DNA from: a virus
DNA length: 37,497 nt
IMG/VR virus record: IMGVR_UViG_2917938226_000001
Strand: one strand, 5' to 3'
Position 1 is the first letter of the stretch. Each line of letters opens with the position of its first letter. The position numbers and the translations under genes are program-made. The notes below the pieces were generated by a model. It was not told the DNA's origin. It saw only the letters and a list, made by a program, of their open reading frames with translations, and ran no database searches. This document shows positions 1 to 7,383 of the stretch, in pieces.

Positions 1-95
1 GCCTTACCATGCCGGGCCTCGCCGCGATCCCCTCACCCTCACGGGATCATCGGGGGAAAGCCGTCATGGAGGTCTGACCCTCCACGGCGGTAAAC
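1..95. repeat. Terminal direct repeat, left copy (circularity overlap)
   Basis: 1-95 is identical to 37403-37497, including 25 bp unique to pentamer tract 1; indicates a circular contig of about 37,402 bp. Confidence 0.92.
26..95 (-). ncRNA. 70-nt double-hairpin constant unit of the pentamer array, copy A (also 37428-37497)
   Basis: Minus strand GTTTACC GCCGT GGAGG gtcaga CCTCC atg ACGGC TTTCCCCCGAT GATCCC gtgagggtgag GGGATC; 69/70 identical to 169-238. Confidence 0.75.
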
Positions 96-166
96 CCTGC
101 CATACCTTGCCTTGCCTTGCCTGGCCAAGCCAAACCTCACCGTACCTTACCTCAGCCTGCCGTGCC
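92..166 (-). ncRNA. GGY-NN pentamer tract 2 (15 units), putative guide RNA
   Basis: Plus strand NN-RCC in exact 5-nt register, 14/15 perfect; minus-strand NN series AC AG GA AA AC GA TT TT CA AA AA AA AT AG TT. Confidence 0.85.
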
Positions 167-168
167 TT

Positions 169-238
169 GATCCCCTCACCCTCGCGGGATCATCGGGGGA
201 AAGCCGTCATGGAGGTCTGACCCTCCACGGCGGTAAAC
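169..238 (-). ncRNA. 70-nt double-hairpin constant unit, copy B
   Basis: One mismatch to 26-95, located in the loop of the GATCCC/GGGATC hairpin. Confidence 0.75.
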
Positions 239-294
239 TCTGCCATACCTCGCCTAGCGCTGCCATGCCCGGCCTCGCCACACCTTGCCATACC
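235..294 (-). ncRNA. GGY-NN pentamer tract 3 (12 units), putative guide RNA
   Basis: 10/12 units perfect and register kept; minus-strand NN series AT AA GT GA CG AT AG TA GA AT AG TT. Confidence 0.82.
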
Positions 295-328
295 TCGGGC
301 GCCCCTTCGGAAATAACTCCTCAGAGGC

Positions 329-340
329 GTATAATATCTT
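329..340 (-). promoter_or_regulatory. Putative archaeal BRE/TATA promoter of the pentamer array
   Basis: Minus strand AAGA-TATTATAC; predicted start near 303-308, just upstream of tract 3. Confidence 0.55.
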
Positions 341-405
341 GTCCTCCTCTGTTATCATCTTAGCCTAAGATGTTTACATAGGGGATGTGAGGGATTTCTC
401 ACATC

Positions 406-723
406 TCAATAGAGCGTTAACTCCAGGCCGCACCGCGAGCAGTAGGCCCGGCGGTCGCCGTCCTCGGACATATATACTCTCAGGAGGTCGCACCCACAGT
501 AGTAGCACGCCACCTTCTCCCGGCCGGTCGTCTCCCGGCCTTCCTGCTTCTCGTAGTGCTCCCCGTAGACCAGATAGTAGAGGGCTCGGTCCTCGCGGTC
601 CTGAGTCGCCTCAGACTCCGGGTACTCCCGCAGCGGTCGGAGGCGCCGTTCTCGCTCCTCCGCAGGCATCTCGGCGACGATCTTCATGATGTCGTCCGGG
701 CTCATATTGCCTCCTACCCCCAT
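406..723 (-). CDS. Hypothetical protein with C-terminal Zn ribbon
   Basis: CYYCGC...CSRCG; start overlaps the upstream stop (TGATG). Confidence 0.7.
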   Translation of the reverse strand: MGVGGNMSPDDIMKIVAEMPAEERERRLRPLREYPESEATQDREDRALYYLVYGEHYEKQEGRETTGREKVACYYCGCDLLRVYMSEDGDRRAYCSRCGLELTLY

Positions 724-983
724 CAGAACCGCCTCTCCTTGACGCACTCGTCACACGCGAGGAGGACGCAACCGTCCTCCAGGTGGACGATGCTCAGTTG
801 CGCAAGCCGGTCGCAGACCTGGCAGCGCCCCTCGACGTTCAGGCGCTCGAACCGATCCACCCGCCGGTAGGGGCGGATGAACTTCCGGTTGCACCTCGCG
901 CACCCGATGTACTGGCCGGGTGCGGATTTACCGGAATACTCCCATTCGTGCCCGCAGTGCGAGCATATTACGTGTACACCCAT
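723..983 (-). CDS. Zn-ribbon protein
   Basis: CSHCGHEWEYSGK...QYIGCARC plus CQVC/CDEC; GGAG RBS; paralog of 33289-33549. Confidence 0.75.
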   Translation of the reverse strand: MGVHVICSHCGHEWEYSGKSAPGQYIGCARCNRKFIRPYRRVDRFERLNVEGRCQVCDRLAQLSIVHLEDGCVLLACDECVKERRF

Positions 984-1126
984 TGCGTCTCCTGTTGCCA
1001 TTCCTTCTGTGTCTCTGCGACCCGGATCGCCTCGTCGATCTGGCGTACCCTGGCGAGGAGGGCTTCGCGCTCTGCTTTCAGGATCGCAATCTCCTCGTCT
1101 AGATCTTCAAAACTCTTTTCGTTCAT
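968..1126 (-). CDS. Small coiled-coil protein (52 aa, not in ORF track)
   Basis: Translated by hand: MNEKSFEDLDEEIAILKAEREALLARVRQIDEAIRVAETQKEWQQETQWVYT; GGAGG RBS. Confidence 0.65.
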   Translation of the reverse strand: MNEKSFEDLDEEIAILKAEREALLARVRQIDEAIRVAETQKEWQQETQWVYT

Positions 1127-1197
1127 TGTTTTCCTCCTTCGCCGTCCTCAAGAGACGGATCCGGTAATGCCGGGGGAGAAAATACGCATATGCATTT

Positions 1198-1650
1198 TCA
1201 TCCCTCCCTGTGAAGGACAACTGTGTCCTTCAGCCATGATCCCTCTTCGCAGAGGTAGGCAAAGCCTACCACGTCTCCCTGTGGGAGCGGCGCGGTTAGT
1301 AGGGCGCACCACCCGCAGATCTTCCCGCAGTTGGGGGAGGATAACTGGTGAACGACGGCGGTCTCCCACCCGTCCGGGGACCACCCCCACGGAGGGCAGG
1401 CCTCATATACTGGCGCGAATTCCAATTTTGTCGCGCTCTCCTCCTCCGGGGTGAGGGGGCGGCACTCGTCGTACCCCCCACGGGTCGTCGCGAGGGCGGT
1501 GGGGAGGCGGTACGTGTGTACCTTCCCGTAGCAGTCTGTGACGCGTGCAAACGTCACTGTGTCCTTGAACTTCTGTTCGTCGAACGGCGTCATGCCGTCC
1601 AACGCCCCCCGGCCTGTGCCGGGGATGGCGATCTGGTATACTTCAGTCAT
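1198..1650 (-). CDS. Hypothetical protein
   Basis: ORF with GAGGTG RBS, co-oriented operon. Confidence 0.55.
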   Translation of the reverse strand: MTEVYQIAIPGTGRGALDGMTPFDEQKFKDTVTFARVTDCYGKVHTYRLPTALATTRGGYDECRPLTPEEESATKLEFAPVYEACPPWGWSPDGWETAVVHQLSSPNCGKICGWCALLTAPLPQGDVVGFAYLCEEGSWLKDTVVLHREG

Positions 1651-1662
1651 ACTTTTTTCACC

Positions 1663-2265
1663 TCATACTCCTACTTTGGCGGGGAGGTCCACGTCCTCCC
1701 CTATGTCCACAAACTCCTCAATCTCATCAATCTCGTCGCGGAACTCGGCGAGTTCCGCATCTATATCCTCCCCCACGTCGGGGAGGACGTACTCGCGATA
1801 GGGGATGAACTCAAGGTTCATCTCCGCGGGGTACCGCATCCCTGCGGAGAGATCCCATCCCTCCATCCCCTCAACGAAGTCCGCACATGCGCGGACGGCT
1901 TCGTTCAGGAGACCCTTCTCATACAGGGCCTCGATCACCCTCCCCTGGAGGGTTTCGGGGTCGCGATACAGTACCAGAGGGAGCGGGAGATGGCCCGCCC
2001 TGAACGTCGCGCAGACGTAGTATGGGTCGTCCCTCGGAAGGGCTCGAACCCATCCCTCCTCGGCCTGTATGGTGATCTCCAGGCCGACAAAGCCGGACTG
2101 GATTTTCCTAACCGCATCCTCGGCAAGGGTCGCCTCGCCGAGGATCATCTCTCTCGCAGAGGCCACGGCCCCCTGCTTCCTCGCCACATGCGCAAGGGAC
2201 GCCGCCCTGCGCTGGGCAATAATTTCCTTCTCCATCTCCATCACCTGTGGGGCCACTCGCCCCAC
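1663..2265 (-). CDS. Hypothetical protein, acidic C-terminus
   Basis: 200-aa ORF downstream of an AT-rich divergent promoter; start uncertain. Confidence 0.65.
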   Translation of the reverse strand: MGRVAPQVMEMEKEIIAQRRAASLAHVARKQGAVASAREMILGEATLAEDAVRKIQSGFVGLEITIQAEEGWVRALPRDDPYYVCATFRAGHLPLPLVLYRDPETLQGRVIEALYEKGLLNEAVRACADFVEGMEGWDLSAGMRYPAEMNLEFIPYREYVLPDVGEDIDAELAEFRDEIDEIEEFVDIGEDVDLPAKVGV

Positions 2266-2269
2266 AATA

Positions 2270-2281
2270 CTACAATTGTAG
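2270..2281. promoter_or_regulatory. Palindromic operator-like site CTACAATTGTAG
   Basis: Perfect palindrome related to the sites at 2427 and 2915. Confidence 0.5.
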
Positions 2282-2426
2282 GTATAGTATATATAATCTT
2301 CTATTTTGATCTGAAGAATTGAATAACATAATATAAATGGCGCAGACTATGGTCGAACTCACTCGAAATAGATCCCGTCCCCCCCTAGAACGGATAGGTT
2401 GTGCAGCATACGATAATGATATATGT

Positions 2427-2442
2427 TACTAACTACAATGTA
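2427..2442. promoter_or_regulatory. Operator-like direct repeat TACTAACTACAATGTA, copy 1
   Basis: Exact 16-bp repeat of 2915-2930, immediately upstream of the ATG at 2446. Confidence 0.6.
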
Positions 2443-2445
2443 ACT

Positions 2446-2904
2446 ATGAGGAGCATACAGAGTATGTATGAGATCACGGAAGAAGGGTTCCAGGCTGTGG
2501 TCGGGAAAAGATCAATTGTTTTCCAGAGATCCAATTATGAGGACGGCCGGTATTATTACGAGGGGGAAGCACTCGTCTCTGAATCGGGGCGCTTATCGTT
2601 TGTCGTTCGGTTCCGTACGCGTGAAGAGAATGTGATTCGGTCGCTTCTGATTGATGGTGAGGGGGAGCACGAGGCCCCCGACCTGGTGCTCCCTATCGAC
2701 GAGCAGACGCGCGAGAGATATTATGATTCGATATATCAATATCTCCTTGAGATGCTCATCGTCTCAGTATCGCAGCACCCGCTCACTGAATTTAGGGTAT
2801 TCGGGCACGAATGCATCACAAAAACAGTGAAGCCGGGATCGGGTGCAGGGCATATCTATACCCCCAAGGGTTGGATCGGGTCTACAGTCCAGATCATCAG
2901 GTAA
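2446..2904 (+). CDS. Protein with C-terminal DUF2080-like (AbrB-like) domain
   Basis: C-terminus ITKTVKPGSGAGHIYTPKGWIGSTVQII. Confidence 0.75.
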   Translation: MRSIQSMYEITEEGFQAVVGKRSIVFQRSNYEDGRYYYEGEALVSESGRLSFVVRFRTREENVIRSLLIDGEGEHEAPDLVLPIDEQTRERYYDSIYQYLLEMLIVSVSQHPLTEFRVFGHECITKTVKPGSGAGHIYTPKGWIGSTVQIIR

Positions 2905-2914
2905 TTATTTATAC

Positions 2915-2934
2915 TACTAACTACAATGTAGTTA
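2915..2934. promoter_or_regulatory. Operator-like site, copy 2, containing palindrome TAACTACA-A-TGTAGTTA
   Basis: Perfect 8-1-8 inverted repeat just after a TTATTTATA box. Confidence 0.62.
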
Positions 2935-2958
2935 TTAACGCACGGAGTGTGAGAAACA

Positions 2959-3366
2959 ATGTCTGAAGGGAATTATTTCATCCGGTTTAGGAATTCGCAG
3001 GGCAATGAGTACGAGATCGGTCTCGTCAACGACGAGATCGTGATCGACGTGGGGGAAGGAGGAGTCCTCTCCTTGGAAAGTTACTACAATTACGCGGACG
3101 CAGAGAGGGAGCGGATCTATTTCGAATTCATGGGGACCGAAATCCGGGACTCGATCCGCGAGGCGGCGGAGCACCCCGATCTACCCTATCTCGTCGGGAT
3201 CGAGGAGGAGGATTTGGTCAGCGTCGAGCGGATCACCCCTCGGAAGATAGAGATTGAGGGGTACGAACTCCTCGAAAAGAGGGCGGCGGCGTGCGGCAAC
3301 TCAGGACGCATCTACGTCCCCGCAGACTGGATCGGTCACCGCGTTGCGGTGATCCGGCTCGACTAA
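2959..3366 (+). CDS. Protein with C-terminal DUF2080-like domain
   Basis: EKRAAACGNSGRIYVPADWIGHRVAVIR; followed by a T-tract. Confidence 0.78.
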   Translation: MSEGNYFIRFRNSQGNEYEIGLVNDEIVIDVGEGGVLSLESYYNYADAERERIYFEFMGTEIRDSIREAAEHPDLPYLVGIEEEDLVSVERITPRKIEIEGYELLEKRAAACGNSGRIYVPADWIGHRVAVIRLD

Positions 3367-3380
3367 TCTCTTTTTTTCTC
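3367..3380 (+). terminator. Archaeal-type oligo-T terminator
   Basis: TCTCTTTTTTTCTC immediately after the stop codon. Confidence 0.5.
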
Positions 3381-3825
3381 TGTTTCAGAAACCGCCATGA
3401 CAGGTACGCCAAGAGCAGGGTAGGTAAGGAGGTAAGCCATGGTAGGTACGCAGGCTGAGGAAGGGCGGCAAGATCAACCAATCATCAACAATTTTCAACA
3501 AAAACGTGAGGGAGGAGTTATTTTGCCCGTCTCCTCCCCACCCCAAAATCACATCATGCGCTCAAATGAAGTTGCGGGGATACTCCGCCCAAAGTCGTTA
3601 CCCCGCAACCTAACCCCCGTTACCAGGAGCGTGAGAAGAGACCCTGAAGATCAGAGCCTCATAATCTCCATTGCTCTGGCCTATGATAACGGTTCCGATT
3701 TTTTTCGTATATATTAAATTGAATTTCGTATATATGAAAGTCTGATTGTATCCCAAAATGACCTATACAATCCGCAAAAAATGTATGTACAAGATCTATA
3801 CGTTTGTCAGAGTTTTGTACGCCGC

Positions 3826-4110
3826 TTAAAATGCGTCGGGATTGTTCGAATGCGTATGATGGTTCCCGCGCTCGTTTTCGGCCATCACGCCAAGGTCAAC
3901 AAATGTAAGGAGGACAAGCACCATCCCCAAAACGAAGACCCCGGCCGCGACGATCTTAACCACAACGCCATAATCCGCGAGGACTCCCACGGGACACGTG
4001 CGGTGGCCGCAACAGTCCCGACCGGCGCAAGCTCCGGCTCCCGCAAGGGAGGGGATGGAGAATAGCAGGATGCCTATGACGGGGATGCCGAGAAGGGTTA
4101 TGGGAATCAT
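3826..4110 (-). CDS. Small two-TM membrane protein
   Basis: Two hydrophobic segments flanking a CAGRDCCGHRTC loop. Confidence 0.55.
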   Translation of the reverse strand: MIPITLLGIPVIGILLFSIPSLAGAGACAGRDCCGHRTCPVGVLADYGVVVKIVAAGVFVLGMVLVLLTFVDLGVMAENERGNHHTHSNNPDAF

Positions 4111-4265
4111 CCGCCATCTCCTTTTTGCTTGGATATCTCTGCCTTCACCGCATGCCAGAGGGCTCCGGCGGTCTTGTAGATGGGGTCGTCGCTCCCCTCT
4201 TCGAGCCCGGAAAGAACCGGGTCGAGGTGCTTGAACCGCTCATACGCGGCATGAAGTTCATCCAT
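4107..4265 (-). CDS. Small hypothetical protein
   Basis: MDELHAAYERFKHL...; overlapping stop/start junctions, RBS. Confidence 0.6.
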   Translation of the reverse strand: MDELHAAYERFKHLDPVLSGLEEGSDDPIYKTAGALWHAVKAEISKQKGDGG

Positions 4266-4512
4266 CGCCATCGCCCCCAGGAGGAGCCTCCTTGGGGAGA
4301 AGGGCGTCCAGCCGGGCGATCTCCCCATACGTGAGATATGTCTGCATCTCGTGGACCGACAATACCAGCCCGGCGAGGCCCAACGCATAGCCCAGGGCAT
4401 CGCCTGTGTACGCGGCACAGGCTATGAGGGAAAATGATATCACAGCACAGGCTAACCCAGCAATCCGGGCGATTCTCCTTCTGCTCTCAATTTCTTTGGT
4501 TTTCCCTTTCAT
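4258..4512 (-). CDS. Small membrane protein
   Basis: Two hydrophobic helices; GGAGG RBS. Confidence 0.65.
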   Translation of the reverse strand: MKGKTKEIESRRRIARIAGLACAVISFSLIACAAYTGDALGYALGLAGLVLSVHEMQTYLTYGEIARLDALLPKEAPPGGDGDG

Positions 4513-4524
4513 GATCTATACCTC

Positions 4525-5064
4525 CTAACTGAGCTTGTCCTCTTTTCTTCTCCTGAAATCCGATTCAAACTCGGGTTTCAGTTTTCCCCCGAAGGAAAAC
4601 GGACACTTCCCCCGGACATAGCCCGGACAGTCCCCGTTGTTGCAGGGGCCGTCGTCGCCCTGCGGCCCCGATCTCCGGTGGGGGCAATGGCTGATGGCGC
4701 TCTGTCGGCCAACATACTCCCATCTTCCCCGTCTTTTGTTTTCCTCGGTTTTTCGCTGGAATTTTCTCAACTCGTCATACGTGCAGCGGGGGCAGACCAA
4801 CGTCGGTGCTATCTTTCGGGGGTCGTCCCAAACCACTTCTCGCCCACACTCCGAGCAATAGCGTAGGGCTTCTGGGATCTCGATGTAAGGGGCCACGTCC
4901 TCCTGGTCAACTACAAGGGATCCTTTGCCCTTTGTTTTAACTTCGGCCCACCATTTCGGGTTGTCGGGGGTGCCGTGGTTGCGGATCTCTTCGAACGTGC
5001 CGATGAGCGTGACTGCCACCTGATCGCCGGGGTGGAGGTCGGTTCGTTTTTCAGATGCCATCAT
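4525..5064 (-). CDS. Hypothetical protein with Zn-binding motifs
   Basis: CSECG...CPRC and a Cys-rich C-terminus; GAGGTG RBS. Confidence 0.7.
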   Translation of the reverse strand: MMASEKRTDLHPGDQVAVTLIGTFEEIRNHGTPDNPKWWAEVKTKGKGSLVVDQEDVAPYIEIPEALRYCSECGREVVWDDPRKIAPTLVCPRCTYDELRKFQRKTEENKRRGRWEYVGRQSAISHCPHRRSGPQGDDGPCNNGDCPGYVRGKCPFSFGGKLKPEFESDFRRRKEDKLS

Positions 5065-5065
5065 T

Positions 5066-5239
5066 TCACCTCTCCAACTCCTCCTGCCACACCTGCTCTA
5101 CCTCCTCGATGGCGGCTCTCGCCCCATGGGGAGGATGGATGATCGTGCATTTCCCGGAGGGGACGACGATCTCCGGGCCGTCAGGAGTCTCGTGGCGGCA
5201 GACCTTGCCGGAGCACACCCGGCATATGAAGAGAGCCAT
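5066..5239 (-). CDS. Small Cys-containing hypothetical protein
   Basis: MALFICRVCSGKVC; TGATG coupling with the radical SAM gene. Confidence 0.55.
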   Translation of the reverse strand: MALFICRVCSGKVCRHETPDGPEIVVPSGKCTIIHPPHGARAAIEEVEQVWQEELER

Positions 5240-5988
5240 CAGCAAACCCCCTCGCAATAGGGCCGAAGATCCTCCTTGATGTAGTAATCGGCACCAAGGC
5301 TCTCTAAGAGGCTCACAACCCCGTTCCCGAAGGCGTGCCAATCGGTCTCCTTCGCTCTCTGGTCGTAGTTCCACTTCCCGACCTTGAACAGGTCGGTATA
5401 GGGCGCCGCCTTCCTGATCAGGCTCATCGTCTGGTCGGGGTCGATCACAGGTTCGCACGACACCCACGTCCTGAACCCACACGCCTTCGCCTTCGCCAGG
5501 GCGTCAAGCCGCTCCTGCGTCGGAGCGGCGCCGGGCTCGTAGAGTTGCCGCTGCGCCTCGTCCTCGAAGGTGAGGGTCGTGGCGCAGGTGACAAGTTCGG
5601 CGTGCCTTTCGAGGATGTCGAAGTCTCGCAGGCTCCTGTTTCCTCCTTTGGTGAGGATCGTGACGGGTTGGTCGAAGGTGAGGAGCATCTTGAGGGCTTC
5701 GCGGGTGATCTTGTGCTCCTCGTCGGCCCGGCAGTAGGGGTCGCAGGTGAAGCAGAGGAGGATGGTTTTGTCGTTGTCTGCTTTGTTGAGCGTGTCGCAG
5801 TCGAGGAGGAGTTTATCCAGAATGTCTTTGCGGGGCTCTGCCGCCGCGAATGCCGGGCGCTTCATGTGGAGGACGCGAGGGCCGTAGCAGTAGGTGCAGC
5901 CGTGGTCGCATCCGCGATACAGGTTCAGGGCGAGGGGGGCGTATTCCCCTGCACGCCCTTTGGGTTCATATATGACTTTCAACTTCAT
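5239..5988 (-). CDS. Radical SAM protein, spore-photoproduct-lyase-like family
   Basis: NLYRGCDHGCTYCY (CxxxCxxC), TCDPY, ILTKG, VSCEPVI motifs. Confidence 0.88.
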   Translation of the reverse strand: MKLKVIYEPKGRAGEYAPLALNLYRGCDHGCTYCYGPRVLHMKRPAFAAAEPRKDILDKLLLDCDTLNKADNDKTILLCFTCDPYCRADEEHKITREALKMLLTFDQPVTILTKGGNRSLRDFDILERHAELVTCATTLTFEDEAQRQLYEPGAAPTQERLDALAKAKACGFRTWVSCEPVIDPDQTMSLIRKAAPYTDLFKVGKWNYDQRAKETDWHAFGNGVVSLLESLGADYYIKEDLRPYCEGVC

Positions 5989-6005
5989 TTTTTCACCTTT
6001 CCGTT

Positions 6006-6935
6006 TTACGCATGTGACGTATAGCCCAATTCGATCATGGCGATTCCTCGCAGGATAGGGTAGACCTGTTGCGGCACGACGGCGTTTCCGAGGGCTCGCA
6101 GTCGCTCCACCCGTCCGGAAACCCCATCAACCACTCGACCCACCGAGGGCTCAACTGCCCACTGGCCCCCTCGTGGATCAGAGCACCAGGTATCGAATCC
6201 CGATCCTTCTGTGACTGTGGGAGAGTCGAGTTCTTGGCGTCCTGGGCGCACGGCGTCGGGAACATCGCCGCCGCCTGAATCAATTTCATGGCGTGCCGGG
6301 TTTTCCCGGTATACTCCTTCCCCTTCAGATCTCCGCAGGTCGCATCGAAACGGGTTGGTGTCGGGAACATCGCCACGGCCGTCTGGAGGCCTGGTCCGCC
6401 CTCCCCGTGCACACATTTCCCCGTCGAGGAGTTCGCCCGCGGCGTGGGCCACAACGAACACTCTCTCTCTCTGGTGCGGGGCACCGACGCCCGCAGCCGG
6501 AATATGGAACGGCCGGCAGGTGTAGCCGATACGCTCCAGGTCAGCAATGCAATCGTCGAGTGCCAAGCTGATGATTCCAACAACATTCTCTCCAAACACC
6601 CAAGCGGGCCGGAGCTCCTGCACAATGCGGAGCATTTCCGGCCAGAGGAAACGGTCATCCTCTGTGCCTCGTCGCTGCCCGGCGAGGGAGAACGGCTGGC
6701 ACGGGAACCCGCCGGAGAGGAGGGTCGGGCGTTCGATGCCGGCGTCCCGGAGAGCGTCATTTGTAACGGTTCGCACATCGTCGAATCGTGGGACGTCTGG
6801 CCAGTGTTTCGCGAGGTCTTGCTGGCAGTACGGGTCTTGCTCGACCTGGGCGACGGTGCGGAATCCGGCCCACTCTGCGGCAAGGTCGATCCCGCCAATG
6901 CCAGTGAAGAGGCTGAGGTGTGTGAGGTCATTCAT
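6006..6935 (-). CDS. DNA (cytosine-5)-methyltransferase, alpha-type polypeptide
   Basis: Motif I LFTGIGG, IV GGFPCQPFS, VI ENV, VIII RER, X LGNAVVP; no motif IX. Confidence 0.93.
   Translation of the reverse strand: MNDLTHLSLFTGIGGIDLAAEWAGFRTVAQVEQDPYCQQDLAKHWPDVPRFDDVRTVTNDALRDAGIERPTLLSGGFPCQPFSLAGQRRGTEDDRFLWPEMLRIVQELRPAWVFGENVVGIISLALDDCIADLERIGYTCRPFHIPAAGVGAPHQRERVFVVAHAAGELLDGEMCARGGRTRPPDGRGDVPDTNPFRCDLRRSEGEGVYRENPARHEIDSGGGDVPDAVRPGRQELDSPTVTEGSGFDTWCSDPRGGQWAVEPSVGRVVDGVSGRVERLRALGNAVVPQQVYPILRGIAMIELGYTSHA
6035..6931 (-). CDS. Nested alternative-frame beta-type polypeptide of the C5 methyltransferase
   Basis: 298-aa stop-free frame with three (W/F)PTP repeats and motif IX-like QLSPRWVEWLMGFPDGW; real start may be internal. 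Confidence 0.7.
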   Translation of the reverse strand: MTSHTSASSLALAGSTLPQSGPDSAPSPRSSKTRTASKTSRNTGQTSHDSTMCEPLQMTLSGTPASNARPSSPAGSRASRSPSPGSDEAQRMTVSSGRKCSALCRSSGPLGCLERMLLESSAWHSTIALLTWSVSATPAGRSIFRLRASVPRTRERECSLWPTPRANSSTGKCVHGEGGPGLQTAVAMFPTPTRFDATCGDLKGKEYTGKTRHAMKLIQAAAMFPTPCAQDAKNSTLPQSQKDRDSIPGALIHEGASGQLSPRWVEWLMGFPDGWSDCEPSETPSCRNRSTLSCEESP

Positions 6936-7383
6936 CCTCTCCCCTCATCGAAGGTTGGCGTGCCTTGCGCCACTTCCATGCTCCAGGAGTACCCACAAAA
7001 ATCCCGTCGATGGAGGGGATGAAGGGGAGCACGTCCTGCGGGGTGATGCCCTCTTGAACGGCGAGATACCGGGGCATCTCCTCTGGGATCAGGGGGAGAT
7101 GTTCTTCAGACCGCTTCAGGGAGGCGAGGCCGCCCTTCACGATGTCAGGGATCACGACCCCATAGGGATGTAGCCCCGCGGCGTGGAATCTGGTCAGCAT
7201 CCGGTAGAACGCCTTCTCGTCCCACTCTTCGCCATGTTTCCACGCGGTGAAGGCGCCGTTGTCCAGCATGAACGTGGCGCCGGGCGGAGGGATAGTCGCG
7301 TACTCGGCGAGGATGTTGCGCTCGATGCCGTGGAGGTTGTCGGGCGAGGAGAATGGGCCGGAGATGTAGAGGAGGCGCATCAT
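6928..7383 (-). pseudogene. Truncated or chimeric DpdA/TGT-like (7-deazaguanine DNA insertion) gene
   Basis: FMLDNGAFTAWKHG, VVIPDIV, YLAVQEG, IFVG; ends soon after; N-terminus LYISGPF resembles DUF4406/NDT-like starts. Confidence 0.55.

Noticed and set aside
1-95. Biological terminal repeat of a linear genome
   Set aside because: More simply an assembly overlap of a circle, since the ends cut through a repeat array and the gene-array unit is only complete when joined; cannot be fully excluded without reads
1-300. CRISPR array
   Set aside because: The repeats are 70 nt with two hairpins and the intervening DNA is itself a phased pentamer code, not unique 30-45 nt spacers; no cas1, cas2 or cas6 recognised
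1-300. TIGR-type array or plain microsatellite
   Set aside because: No regularly spaced box C/D motifs and no Nop-domain protein; the NN positions vary too freely, with a fixed GGY, for simple slippage
112-363. ORF 112-363 (and 37174-37479) as proteins
   Set aside because: Pro/Cys/Leu-rich read-through of the pentamer tracts on the non-coding strand, with no RBS; pentamers contain no stop codons by construction
1348-2322. Long plus-strand ORFs antisense to the leftward operons (e.g. 1348-2322, 5335-6024, 21713-22468, 24393-25250)
   Set aside because: Shadow ORFs typical of GC-rich DNA; the opposite strand carries motif-bearing, RBS-linked, coupled genes
5239-5988. QueE (7-deazaguanine pathway) assignment for the radical SAM protein
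   Set aside because: Motifs fit the SPL-like family; no QueC, QueD or FolE recognised
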